Below are positions 39,423-51,869 of a DNA stretch of 64,000 nucleotides, piece after piece. The DNA is from Camelus dromedarius (Eukaryota). Every line of letters starts with the position of its first letter. Position 1 is the stretch's first letter. The stretch covers positions 4,094,001 through 4,158,000 of the forward strand of contig NC_087438.1 in the NCBI RefSeq assembly GCF_036321535.1. Reading direction: 5' to 3'. The position numbers and the translations under genes were made by a program. The notes below the pieces were generated by a model. The model saw only the letters and a program-made list of their open reading frames with translations, was not told the origin of the DNA and did no database searches.

Positions 39423-41611
39423 ATTAATATTATTTGTATAGTCTTAATGCTATACAAAACATCTAGACACTCCTTGTCAAGTTGTGCCTTGAAGATTATA
39501 CCGGATCCCTTTGGTAGAAGCTGAGACAGGGAGAGAGCAAAAGTAACCCAGGCAGGTTCAGGTCACAGCAAGTCTGGTTCCAGTCTTCTCACTAGCAACA
39601 GACCCAGTCCCCTCCATCCAAATAGACCTGCCCTTAAACCACATGTAAAAGTAATTCTAGTTGTATTGGGTGCGTGGTTACCTAATGTAAAATCAGCAAA
39701 GCAGAGACCAGAATGTGACTTGCCACCAAATGAAGATGCTTCCATGTGAATTCTCATGCATTTGGGGTCAGCAGAGCCCCTGTTTAGTACTTTAGTTCTG
39801 ACCTCTGTTTCCGGCAAGTACATTCAAAGGGCACAGTCACTGAGCCAAGAGGCCAAGTGGTGCCTGAGATCGCAGAAGATCAGCAGCTCCCCAGGAGAAC
39901 CCACATGGCCAGCTGAGTTCCCACGACACTCATCCCCGCCCAGAGGCATCTGCAGAGTCTGTTCTTGCCTGCCCCCAAGCCCCACCACATCCTTCTGTTC
40001 CACATTCCTTAGGCGCACATCCCAGGTGAACGAGTACCTGGAGCAGACGGATGCTGGAGCTGATGCTGACGGGCATCCCCACCCCGAGTTGCTGACCTCA
40101 CCCCACGGTCAGAGCCCCACATCAAAATGTCAAGGCAGAAACTGTCAATCCTGACTGCCTCAAATTAGGGATGAGGAGACTAAGGAGCCTCTGCCCACAG
40201 TCACCTGTAAATCGCTCTCACTCCTCTGGGTCCCGTTACAACGTCATCACGTGGGATAAGCCTGGAGCCATCGACAAACAGAAGCAGGTGCTGCTTTTCT
40301 TACACCTGCTAAGAGGCCAGAACTTGAGAACGCTGCATCTCCCCCTTCATCGCTGCTGCCTCTTGTGATGAGCTTTCTCCTCTAACTGCTGTTTCCCTGG
40401 GGGAAGGAAACTCATTTCTCCCTAAGGGTGTCCCTTTGAAGTCATTGGCTCAGTCTTCTTGCGAACCATCCAAATGGATCAGCCCCAGAAGCTGAAGGTC
40501 TCTGACCCGTGCCTTTCTGGTACTTCTCTGATTTCAGGTCTCCTTATATCATTGAACCTTTCTGAGTAGACTCCACCGTGGAGAGTATCAATCATACAGC
40601 TTCCTGCGTGCCCTCACCATGGAGGAACGAGGGAAAAAAACTGCATTTGCCATCTATAAAGTGCCAGATGACTGGAATGTAGGAATCATTGCTCCTACCC
40701 CGCCAAGACTCAGAGAGGGTGAGTAATTATCACAAGGTCACACAGCTGGTAAGTGAAATGGATGTGATCTGATATCTGGTCTACATAATTCCAGTTCTGC
40801 TCTCTCCAATATTGCTTCCTTGACCCAGATTCCTTCAGTGGAGCAAATACACAACTGTGACACCATATTTCAAAGAACAGAAGAGGAAGCATGCAACTAC
40901 TGAGAGCCTGGGCATCATTACGCAAGTGGTCCCTTGCATTTATGATTTATGATGGGCAACTGCTCCAAATTACACAATCAACCCAAGGGCAAGGACCTTA
41001 GAGCCAAGTCACTTTTCTCCCCACGTCAAGACAATTGGAAAAAGCATCTTTCTCCATCAGCTGTGCCTCTTTATAGAAGCAATTTTTTGGAAAGGACAAA
41101 ATTCCTTGATTGAAAGTCACTATTATGTACAGACACACTGTCAACTTAGTGACAGAATCAGGAAAAAAGTGCACAATAATTGCAAGAATATGTCTCCATT
41201 CAAAAGGTTAAAATGAGACAGCTTTTTGTTTATTAAAGCATAGTCAGTTGCAATGTGTTATTAAACACATGCACCTGAGAGCTGGGAGACTGCTCCAGCA
41301 GTTTTGTGTAAGAAGATGGACATCCCGTAAGAACCACCAGATACATTTGTTAATACTTATACAAGTAGGTTTAGCTCAAAAAAGGAAGTACAACTTTGCC
41401 TGGGAAATGAATTGTTCCAAGAGGTGGAAGGAAATGCGTCTGCTTATAGTATGAACAGATAAGTTTCTGTGGAACAACATCCAGTCTGAACTCAGCACTC
41501 TGGAATGAAGAAAATCCTAGTCATCTTGGCTGGCAAAGCACCAAGCGGTCTTCCAGATGCGACTGTCCATTGCTCACAGTTGCTAAGACTTCAAAGTTGA
41601 ATCCAAAACAG

Positions 41612-41687
41612 GTGTGTGTGAGAGGGGTGTGTGTATGTTTGTGTGTGCGTGTGTGTGTGTATGTGTGTGTGCATGTGCGTGTGTGTC
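41612..41687. repeat. (TG)n microsatellite, imperfect
   Basis: Direct observation. Confidence 0.9.
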
Positions 41688-43309
41688 TGGGTGTTTCCTA
41701 TGGACTCCTCCATCCTTCCATTAGACTCAAGTCATTTATTAAGCAAATTCTACAGCCCATCTTTCCTGGCACCCTACCCAGTACCTTTTGAGGAACAAGA
41801 CTGTGTTTAATGTGCTTCACTTACTCAGTGCCTACAGCGTTCCTGGCATCAGGCTACATGGGAAAGAAACCAAACCTTCGTCCAGAGGAGGCACAAGATG
41901 TGCAAATAGAAAAAGACTCCAATGTCTATAATGTTCTAAATTAGATTCTTGACAATTGAGATGTTTTTGATATAAAGTTTAAGTGAAAAAACTCAGACAT
42001 AGTAGAATGGCTACAATCAACACTCCAATAGGATAATTTTGTTGGGGTTATTTTGTCCCAGACTTCCCTCTTTAGCAGTCATGACCACAGCTCCTCCACT
42101 CCGTGCTTCCTGTGAAGCCCCTGTTTCTGGCAGTAAGTGGATATGCCCCTTACCCCAGGTCGTGTGGGGCGATGCACATAAGGAATGCTGAGCACGTCTG
42201 TGGGCGCTACAGGCTGCTCCAAATTAACAGGCATGTGCAGGCAATAGGTTTCTCAGTGGTCTTCAGGTTTTGTTTTTGATTTTTGAAGTCTAGACATCTT
42301 TCAGGCTCCAGTCTTCCTTCCCTGGCCCTGAACAGCGAAGTTTCTCCGGCCCTCTGTCCTATCCCTTCACACCCCAATCGCCTTGCATTAAATGTATACA
42401 GTGTGGGGAGGGGGGTCTGGCTTCACTGTAGGTGGACTGAGAGCTCCCCAAGGAGGTTTCGACTCACCTTTGCATCTATAGCAGATGGCTTTGTACCCAG
42501 TGCCTAGTGGGTATTCAATAAATAAGGTCTTGGATGGAGTCAAAGATGATGTTGTATTTCTTCCAAACAGGCAAACTTCCTCTGATGCATATTCACTAAG
42601 CTGCAGTCCTAGCGACAAGGACAAGGACAAAGGGGACCTGCTCGAGTGACACCTGCTAACAGGTGGGAAGGATTTACAGGGACTTCGCATGATGGTCTTC
42701 TGTCCCTATTCTGGACTGCGGTTAAAAGACTTGTAAGTTTTCTTCTTCCAACATGTTTTGCTAGAAGGAGCATCTCACAGAGACTGGGGGACATGGTGGG
42801 ACTCTCAGTGGTCCCCCCGGGATCATGGAAGTTCCTCCCAGGGCCACCAATTCAGAAATTTAACTAACATTCCTGTCACAGTGCCCTTCATGTTAAGGGG
42901 CGTTTGCAAGGTGAGAGGCACTCTCACAGCTGGCTGGGGTGCGTGACTATTATCAGAAGCAAGCAGATTTGGGGGTGGGGGCAGAGGGGTTGAACTGTAG
43001 AATGACAATATTTTCTATGACATAGAATCTGAAGACCTTGCTTTTAACTTGCATTTAGCCCCTGGAAATAACCAAGGAGGTGAGACCTGAACACTGAAAA
43101 GCAGTGTGGACTTGGGGGGCCCAGAGCACGTGTCGTCAACACGAAGGGGCGCACTAACAGTGGCCCAGGGAGCCCACGACAGCACTCCCAGCCCCACCAA
43201 GGGGAAGCCAACTCGCTGTGATCTGCCAGAATCTCATGGGAAAATGCTCGGGTTCCTTCAGCTGAAAATGAAAGTAGGAAGTAGATACTACACCAGCAAA
43301 AACGGCTAG

Positions 43310-43545
43310 AAAATTTTTTAAAAAATGTTAAATAGTCTTTTATAACCTCAAAAACCTCAACATATAAGGCCTCCACACAGAAAACTACAAAATTACCACT
43401 GAAAAAATTAAAGAAAATCTAAATAAACAGTGGGCTACGCCCTCTTTATGAGTTAGAAGACTCAGCATAGTATGATGTCAGCTCTCCTCTAAAATAATCT
43501 AAGAATTTTATGGAGTTCCAATTAAAATCAAATAAGCATATCTTT
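43310..43545 (+). mobile_element. old L1 ORF2 fragment
   Basis: GAAAACTACAAAATTACCACTGAAAAAATTAAAGAAAATCTAAATAAA...AGAAGACTCAGCATAG. Confidence 0.7.
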
Positions 43546-43555
43546 TGTTATTTAT

Positions 43556-43680
43556 TTACCCTGCTGAAATTTTGACTGGGGTTGTACAAACACCATAGAG
43601 CCGTTTGGAGAGAATTAACATCGCAACCATATTGCGCTTTCTACTCCGTGAACGTGGAGTGCATCTGAGCTCCTGTCGAG
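43556..43680 (-). mobile_element. old L1 ORF2 fragment (antisense)
   Basis: Minus translation TPRSRSRKRNMVAMLILSKRLYGVCTTPVKISAG aligns by eye to [32 protein letters not shown] in the 56967..57890 L1 ORF. Confidence 0.6.
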
Positions 43681-45827
43681 AGCTGGGAATCAGGGAGGCG
43701 GAGACGCTTGGCCCTATTCTACAAATCACATCACTGTGCTGGGAAATCGCCTCACGACGCTGACACAAATGAGAGGCGGTAGAACCCATTTTGATGATCA
43801 GATGCGTACATGGAGCAGAGAGGAAATCCAAAGGAAAAGAACACAGTGGGTGGGTTCCCTGAGGGGATCCAAAATGAGCCAGCACAGCGGATGATCAACG
43901 GCCTCACCAATGACCACAGGCCAGACCTGGGACCTGTGGCCGGAGGACCCTCCTGGGGACCCGGCCCTGGCACCACTGCCACACGGACAGAAGCGTCCTT
44001 GGTTAACTGAACTGCTCACAGGAGCTCCTGATCCCCACTCTGTGTTCATTAGTTATTCCGGGGCAAAGACCTGGGTGGTCAGGAGTTTATGCACACAGCG
44101 GATAGAAGCGGCGCCTTGACATTGGAAAGTCACTGAGTGCAAAGTACCACACACCTAAAACTTAGAAGAGACTCCCAGAAGGGCACATGAAGTGAAAAGG
44201 TCTTCTAAAGCTAGCGCACTTTTTCATGGAAGAGGAAGGAGCAGCAAGTGAAAGGCTGAATTCTCCAAGGTCGTCCATCCCCTCAGTGAGTGGGAGCCAG
44301 GACAGGAGACGCGCCCTAGGTCCCCAGTGCACGGGCACCCATCCTTCTCCCCTTTTTTTGTCCATCTTAGTCCCCAGAACCCTGGGGTGCTGCAGGATTT
44401 CCTGCACCAACTCTGCATTTTCTTTGAACTGAATTAAACATGCACACACTTTCTCTGACACACGTATCTACTATATTTTTCAACCATATAGATGCTACTG
44501 TGATTAATAAAATTTAAAATTATTTCAAGGTGTTACTGAATTCATATCATCTATCATAGTGTATTCATAATGTGTTTCCTCAGTTCGTCTTTATTAAAAG
44601 TACAAGCATCTCATGAGTTCCCACTAAATTGGTGATATTACAAAAGGGTCTCTGGGGGAAGCACTCAGAAGCCACTGCCCTGCCCTACACCACTCCTACT
44701 CTTTCTGACTTCCCATTCTGGGAGAAATAAGGCAAAGTTAGATGAAAAGCAAGCATGTTTGAGAATCTCGTCCTCTTCTCAGTCTTGGATGGTAAGAATG
44801 TCTTTGTGGATTTTGTCCGCTAGCCCGGCTGTACGGCAAACAGCGAATGCTCCACATTTGTTCTTGGAAGGTAGCAGTTGCCACGCTGACTTGTCACCAC
44901 CGGGAACACACCTGTGAATGGTGCGCAGGAGGAAGCAGCCATTCTGCTGAGGATAAAATTTGACACTCTAATCTGTTCAAATTGTTTTCCAAATCACAAA
45001 TTACCTTGAACGCATCTTTAAAATAGAACAAAGGAGCAACGTGATAGGTGTTTTAGTTATTTGCCACTTAAACTCTACAGTACTGTCTTCCGCTGTGGAC
45101 AGGATCGCCATGTGTCCACACAGAATATCATCTTCATTTTCAACAAGCAATATTCAGCCCAGTGGCAGTGCAGAATACCCTTGGGCCGAGCAATCTTAGA
45201 TGGATGTGTATTCTAGCTGAGACCGGCCCCTGACAGGTTTACAATTGGGAATAGAACGTTTAAGTCAGCCAAGGAACGCCGTATTTTCTAAACAGAGTTT
45301 ATAGTGTTTCTGATGCTGCTCAACAAACAGCGCTGAGCCATTAGGTGAACTAAAATTTGTGTAAAATCACAAGAATTCCTGTAGAATCCATCAATTTTTG
45401 CTTTGCAAAACCTAAATGCAGACTTTGTATTTACTTTAAGGTATCAGATTCACCAGGGAAACAGACTTTGAGATAGGGATGTCCATGCAGGGGTTCAATG
45501 GGGACCATCCTTTGGTGGGTTGGGGAGGAGGACCATGAGGTGGACTGAGATGGTCAGTGTCACAGTGGGTTCAGTGAGTCCCCTGGGGAACTCGGGAGCT
45601 GAGATGGCCCTGCTGAGAGCTCCCTCTCCTTGCTGATCATTAAAGAGGGGCCCACTGAAGGCCCTCAAAGCATGCTTCTGCCTCCAGGCCCATCAGCAGC
45701 TGAGTCAAGGACCAGGAGCAAGCCAGGCACAGCCCACGAGGACGACCATTACTGGTAAAGCTAATGCTGATAAGAACAGCTCCCCTTTACTGAGAACTAG
45801 CGTATGTCAGCCACCGAACGGGGCCCT

Positions 45828-46273
45828 CTGCAGTCTTCCTAGGGCTGCTGTGACAAAGAACCACAAACCAAGTGCCTTAAAACAAGAGAAATTAATTTCA
45901 TCACAGTTCTTGAAGCTGGAGCTCAAAATCAAGCTGTGGGCAAGATAGCTTCTTTCTGAGGACTCTGAGAAAGAACCTGTTCCACACCTCCCCCTGCTCC
46001 TGGTGTCCCGGCTGGCAGCCCTTGGAGATCCTTGGCTTGTCCAGTCTCTGCCTCTCTCATTGCACGATGTTCTCCACTCATGTGTCTGCGTCCTTATCTC
46101 TCCTTACAAGGACACCAATCCTATTGGCTTAGGACGCCACTCTGCTCTAGGATGACCTCATCTTAACGAATTACCTCTTCCATGATTTATTTCCAGATAA
46201 GTTCACATTCTGAGGTATTGGGCATTAGGACTTTGACATGTGAATTTGGAGGGAACCAATTCAACCCATAGCA
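45828..46273 (-). mobile_element. MaLR LTR (MLT1C-like)
   Basis: TCCTAGGGCTGCTGTGACAAAGAACCACAAAC...GATGACCTCATCTTAAC...TTCCAGATAAGTTCACATTCTGAGGTATTGGG...AATTCAACCCATAGCA. Confidence 0.85.
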
Positions 46274-47803
46274 GTAGGTTTTCTGATTGCCACTTTGTAT
46301 ATGAAGAAGTTGACGGTATCAGTGGGCGTCCACTCAGGAATATAGAAGTTCCACCAGTTGTTTTAATACAGAGAAGTTAATAGACAGTATTGGTTAAATA
46401 ATTATTAAAGCATTGAAAAAGTACAAGAAGATCATAACATGAGGACAGACTGTGCAAGAAACAGCTACTTCCCCTGAGCTTGGGGGGACCAAGGACAGAG
46501 GATGAGACCATCAGATCTCAGCAACTTGAATGAGCATGGGGGGAAGTGGGACCTACTGGTATTGATAGCTCCAGAGCTTTGAAGGTGGGAACTCATGACA
46601 CTGATACTAAAACCTCAGAAGTGGACGTGCTGTCCTGCTGGCACTTTTATCTCTGGGGGTGCACTGGGTCTGATTTGGGGAATACGAGTAAAAACTGTGA
46701 ACTGGAACCAGCAGGCACTGCTGTGGGGAAGGTGTGTTCCTAGGATTAAATTGAGAAGATCAAGTCCCGCTCTGCCCCCTAGTCTGGTGGTCTCCCTCCA
46801 GCACCCTCTTTGTCAGAGCAACTGGCAAAGCAGAGAGCGGTTTGAAGAGCCTCGGCACCTGCAACCCAACCCAGAGTCCAGAAGGATGAGATAATAGCTT
46901 TGTTAAAACTCACCAGGATTCAGAAAAATCTCAGCATGCAGTGAGGCGCTAGGATCCTAACCCAGGTCTATGATGGTGACACTTCAGACTCAGGTCCTGC
47001 CGTTTGATTTACTTTCCCTTAAGACAGATACTTAAGAGCAGCTAAATGTGAGCTGCTTTCATTCTTAAATCATAATCCAGAAACGAATAGTGGAAGAACA
47101 GAAATGTATTGTAAGGACCAGCCTCATTAGTCAATTGTGGATCATAAGCAAAAAGCCCAGTGTGCTCCCTTGCACAGACTTTAATTCTGTGGTGGGGCTT
47201 AGTAAAAACCTTTTTTAATGTGCCAACAGAGGAACGGCAGCTAGCAACTGCTGACCCTCAGAATAAGGAGGGAAACGTGGGGTATAAAAGCCTAATAATG
47301 TCAACAAGTGGGTCTCAATCAATAAAGATCAGGAAAAAAATAGAATTTAGGATCACAACATGTAAAGTTAATAATCTGAAAGAGGAAATGTTCTTATGAT
47401 TGGAAGTCAACTAGTAAGCCCTTTGGCACGGAGCAGGGGCGCACTGGGAACCCAGAACAACCGTGGGGCTTCTTGACGTCAGTGTTACAGGCGTTTTTCT
47501 AGGACAGCCGTACCTTCGATCTGCAACAGATATTTTCTTGAAATATTTAAGCTGACTGTTTGTAAATCAAATTATATTTTGCTTACACTTCTGTCTCCTG
47601 GGCTCTCTAGTTCATAATAAATGAATGTGTAATAAAGCCATCTTTGACGTCCTATGCAAGCATGACTTTAAAGCACCCCAACTTACTTACTCTTTCTGTA
47701 CCAGATGATCTTAAAGTGAGACACTTGTGTCACTGCCACACTTTCCTATTATAAAAGTTTATAAAACTTAGCAGCACCTAAGTCTTCTTTTCTAAATTTG
47801 CAG

Positions 47804-47891
47804 GATTATGACAAAGTCAGTCTGAGTTGTTTATGGAAATCAAACCACAGCAGGGGAACAGTTGTATCTTTGCATAAAGGAGGAAGACGAG
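47804..47891 (+). other. candidate 88-nt internal exon (unknown transcript)
   Basis: Acceptor TCTTCTTTTCTAAATTTGCAG|G and donor GAG|GTGAGC; open frame DYDKVSLSCLWKSNHSRGTVVSLHKGGRR, no homolog recognised. Confidence 0.3.
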
Positions 47892-48700
47892 GTGAGCATC
47901 ACTAACTGAGGCAGGTAGGCAGGAAGATCCTTTGCTTGATCTCCTGCCTTCTGAATACTGTGGACCCATGGTCTTGACTTTCTACAGAATGCTCAACTTC
48001 TGCTTGTTTCTATCCCAAGACATACACCCTGGCCTTCAACCACTCATGCGCTCCCATCAGGGTCATGTAGTGGCTCTGTCCCCACACTACATCATCCTCC
48101 TCCCCAGGGAGCCCCCCCGCTGCGTCCCTCCTCTCCTCTGTGCTCTGACTCAGTACTCATAGAACAGTGAGAAGAGGAAATACAGATGTTTGAATTGAGT
48201 GGAAAGGGCTCAAACTCTCCATCTATGACTTTCTACCCATGAGACCTCTCAGATATGTTCATCTGCAGAACAAAAGGCAAGTTAATTATGCCAAACTTGG
48301 ACGGTTATCATTATTAAATGAGACTGTATGAAGATGTCTAGCAAACATCTAGGTGTTTAACAAAGAGCCCCCTCACCTTGGCTCATTATTCTGTGTTGGT
48401 GACCCACTGTGACTCCGGTTTCTGGTAGATCAATATCTCAAACAGATACAAGGAAAAACCCTTCAGACAGCTCGGCTAACTTCTGTCTTCTGACCCTCCT
48501 TTGAGATATTAAAGGAAATTTCAAGATAAAATCCAAGATGAAATGTCTGTACAAGTCACACTGACATATACAGACACCTGAAGTCTGATTCATCTGTATA
48601 AAAGTCAAAATATGTAAGTAGCAGAAGGAAATTTAGAGACATCTACACCAGCGTCCCTGTTTCCTACTAGCAGGGGCACCCTTAGAGTAAACTGGTCCCA

Positions 48701-49063
48701 TGTTTCTCAGTCCATTCCAGGGTGCTATAACAAATGATCTCAGACTGAGTGGTTATAAAGAACAGACACTTATTTCTCAGAGTTCTGGAGGATGGAAGTC
48801 TGAGATCAGGGTCCCAACACGGTCAGGTCAGGTGAGGACCCATTGCTTCTGGGCTGCAGACTTCTGGTTGTGTCCCCACATAGTGGAAAGGGCAGAGTAA
48901 GAGCAAGATCTAGTGTCTTTCCTTAAAAGGGCACTAATCCTGCTCTTGAAGGCTCCATCCACATGACCTAATCACCCTGCAAAGGCCCCACCTCCTGATA
49001 CAATCACACTGGGATTAGGGGTTCAGCATACGAATTTTGGGGAGACATATTTGGTCCATTTCA
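48701..49063 (-). mobile_element. MaLR LTR (MLT1A-like)
   Basis: CAGGGTGCTATAACAAA...TTATTTCTCAGAGTTCTGGAGGATGGAAGTCTGAGATCAGGG...ATGACCTAATCACCCTGCAAAGGCCCCACCTCC...GAATTTTGGGGAGACA. Confidence 0.88.
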
Positions 49064-50754
49064 CCATTTGCTAGACAAGAGCTGGGCATACATTATCTCA
49101 TTTAGCTCTCATGGCAACTGGAAAGGTAAGAATTATCCCCAATAAACACGCAGTAAAACTGCACAGGAACATCCAACCAGTCGGGTGCAAAGCCAGGACC
49201 ACTGGTCCTGGGTCTTTCCACCTTATTGTACTGAATCTTGCAAGCGTTCTGTAAGCTTCAGACAGAGCTGTCTTCACCATTATTTTCCAGGGCTGGAAAC
49301 TGAGCACCTAATCTTGCCTGGTGTTTCTGTTAGTCTAAACGTGGATCAAATGAGAATGTGGGGCTTGTCCCACGCAGATCAGCTGTAAAACAGACAGACA
49401 GGCAAATGCATACAAACAGCCATGCTTGCACACATGCATACATGCACAGGTAAGTTCGTGTCAGCTGTGAGCCCGTGTAGGCACCTGGGCAAGAAAGCCT
49501 TATAATGTTTCTCCTGGTGGTTTTGAGCCTACACAGAATCCTCTTCTTAGCCAGGGTCAGGGGTCTGGGGTTGACAGCCTCTCTAACAGCAAGTGCAGTT
49601 TCAGGAGAAAGAGGTCAACTCAAGGATGAGCAAAGGAGAAGGGGAGAGAGGATGCCATAGCCTGCTCAGCTGAGCCAGCCTTGGGGTCCACGGGCTGAAA
49701 CGGTCACAGAGTTCCCCTCACAGCCGGAAAATGTTTGAGAACCTTTATCTCTCTGAGCAATAATGGTTTCAGTGTATTATTCTCTTAGTGGGCTGAGAAA
49801 TACAAGAGAATGAAGAGATAAGCTTAGTGGACAGGGAGAAACTTGACAGGCTGTGAGAGCCCTGTGGGTCTCTCATTCCTTCTTTATTAAGCAGGAAAAA
49901 AAGCCAATTGCCGGAGCGCAGACAAGCGCAGCCCAGGTCAGGATGCTGACATCCTGGGAAGTCCACTGTGGGTTGGCTTCAGCAAAGGGGCCTGCATGGA
50001 TTGATGTATTAAAACGGCTCCCCATAGGTATGCTTCCCTGCCTGTGTGCATCCTGGAAATCGATGGGCACTCTGCGTGGCTCACCAGATGTCTCTGAGCA
50101 TAATTAATTAATCAGGGCATTAAGCTACTGGAATGAAATCTACTTTTCATTACTTGTGTTCTTAAAAAAAGAATGACTGCAGGGTATTTGACACTTGTAA
50201 GAGTTTTGAGGTGACTGCATTTTATATGATGCCAAGAAAACTGATTTCATATGTTCTTATTTTTATACTAATTTTCAACAAATGTGCTCAAATTACATAA
50301 TAAAACTGAAAGGTTAACATTCTTTTTAATTTAGGGAAATTTCTGATTACAGTTGTGACCTCACAGCCTCAGACTTATGCTTCAGAGTTTTCACCATGGT
50401 TTTGGACTTAAAGAAGTAATATTAGAACACTCACTTTTAAAACATTACACTAGGAACTCAGTGAGATGTTGAGAAGAAAGGTATGCAGCCTGTGAGCTTC
50501 GTTCAGGTATAAACTGAATCATCAACTCTAAATTTTGTGTGTGTGTGCGCGCGCACGCACACACACACACACCCCACTTCTCCTTTTCTAAGCATCAGGC
50601 CCTGATGGCATGTTTCTATTTTCTCCCTCCCCCTCCCACACTTTCTGAACTGATCGCTCCTTTCTTTGTGATATGTGTCCCATAACTCTCCATAGCCTCA
50701 CAAGCTGTTTTGCTAACTAACTATTCAAGTTCAAAAGTGCAACCAATTCCAAGC

Positions 50755-51510
50755 AGGAAAAATAAAACTAAATCCACAGGAACACAGATCACAGTAAAAC
50801 TTCAAAACCCCAAAGGAAGATAAAATCATAAAGGCATCCAGAAAAAAAGCATATCTACACACGTGTGTATGCATGTGTGTGTATGTGTGTGTGTGTGTGT
50901 GCGTGTGTGTGTATGTGTGTGTATGTGTGTGTATGTGTGTGTAGAAAGCGAGATGAAGAGAGCCCTTCAAAGGAATGAGAATAACAATTGACTTCTTGCT
51001 AACAACCATGGAAGCCAGAAGACATGAAAATGACATCTCCGATGAATGAAGGTGGAATAAGTCTATACCCATTAAATGTATCTTTCAAGAATAAGGTCTA
51101 AACAAACACTCTTTACAACAAAAAATGAGACCACTGGCAACAGAAAATTAAAGGAAATTCTTAAGAATTTAGTTCAGGTAGAAAAAAATTATCCCAGATA
51201 GAAAGTTTGAAATGCAAGAAGAAAACAAGGGCTAACAAAATGGAAATACATGCATAAATCTAAATAAAATAATGTCTCTTGAGGATTAAAAAATCTTTTA
51301 AAACAATAACAGTAAATGAAGCAGGAGAGGGTAAAAGAATGCAAGTGTTGTAACTTCCTGGCATTGTTCTAAAGCAAATAAAAGGAATGAATTATTTTAA
51401 AAGTAGTAAGTTAAGTAGGCATGGTACAATCCCTAGGGTAAGTATTAAAAGAACAAAAACAAAGCGCGTGACTTTTAAACCAGTGAAGAGGAAAAACTGA
51501 TTTTAAAAAT
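50755..51510 (+). mobile_element. old L1 (ORF1-region) relic interrupted by (TG)n at about 50861-50942
   Basis: AACAACCATGGAAGCCAGAAGACATG, TATCTTTCAAGAATAAGG, A-rich composition. Confidence 0.6.
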
Positions 51511-51520
51511 ACTCTATTAT

Positions 51521-51869
51521 AGAAAGATAAATATACTACTTATATGTGGAATCTAAATGACACAAATGACCTACCAAAGAGAAACAGATTCACAGACAAA
51601 GGAAACAAACTTGTAGGTACTAAAGGGGAAGGTGGGGGGAGGGGTAAATTAGCAGTTTGGGATTAACAGATACAAAATACTATATATAAAATGGCTAAAT
51701 AACAAGGACATGCTGTACATATAGCACAGTGAACTGTACTCAGTATCTTGTAATAACCTACAATGGAAATATATATACATATTATATATATTTATATGCA
51801 TGTGTATATATATGTAAATACGTGTGTGTGTGTGTGTGTGTATGTATATGAACTGAATCATCCTGCTGT
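51521..51869 (+). mobile_element. LINE-1 3'UTR fragment
   Basis: ACTTATATGTGGAATCTAAA...GAAACAGATTCACAGAC...TTTGGGATTAACAGATACAAAATACTATATATAAAAT...TATCTTGTAATAACCTACAATGG. Confidence 0.85.

Noticed and set aside
40305..40396. Minus-strand exon candidate with KQQLEEKAHHKRQQR
   Set aside because: Stops in all three frames and a weak donor
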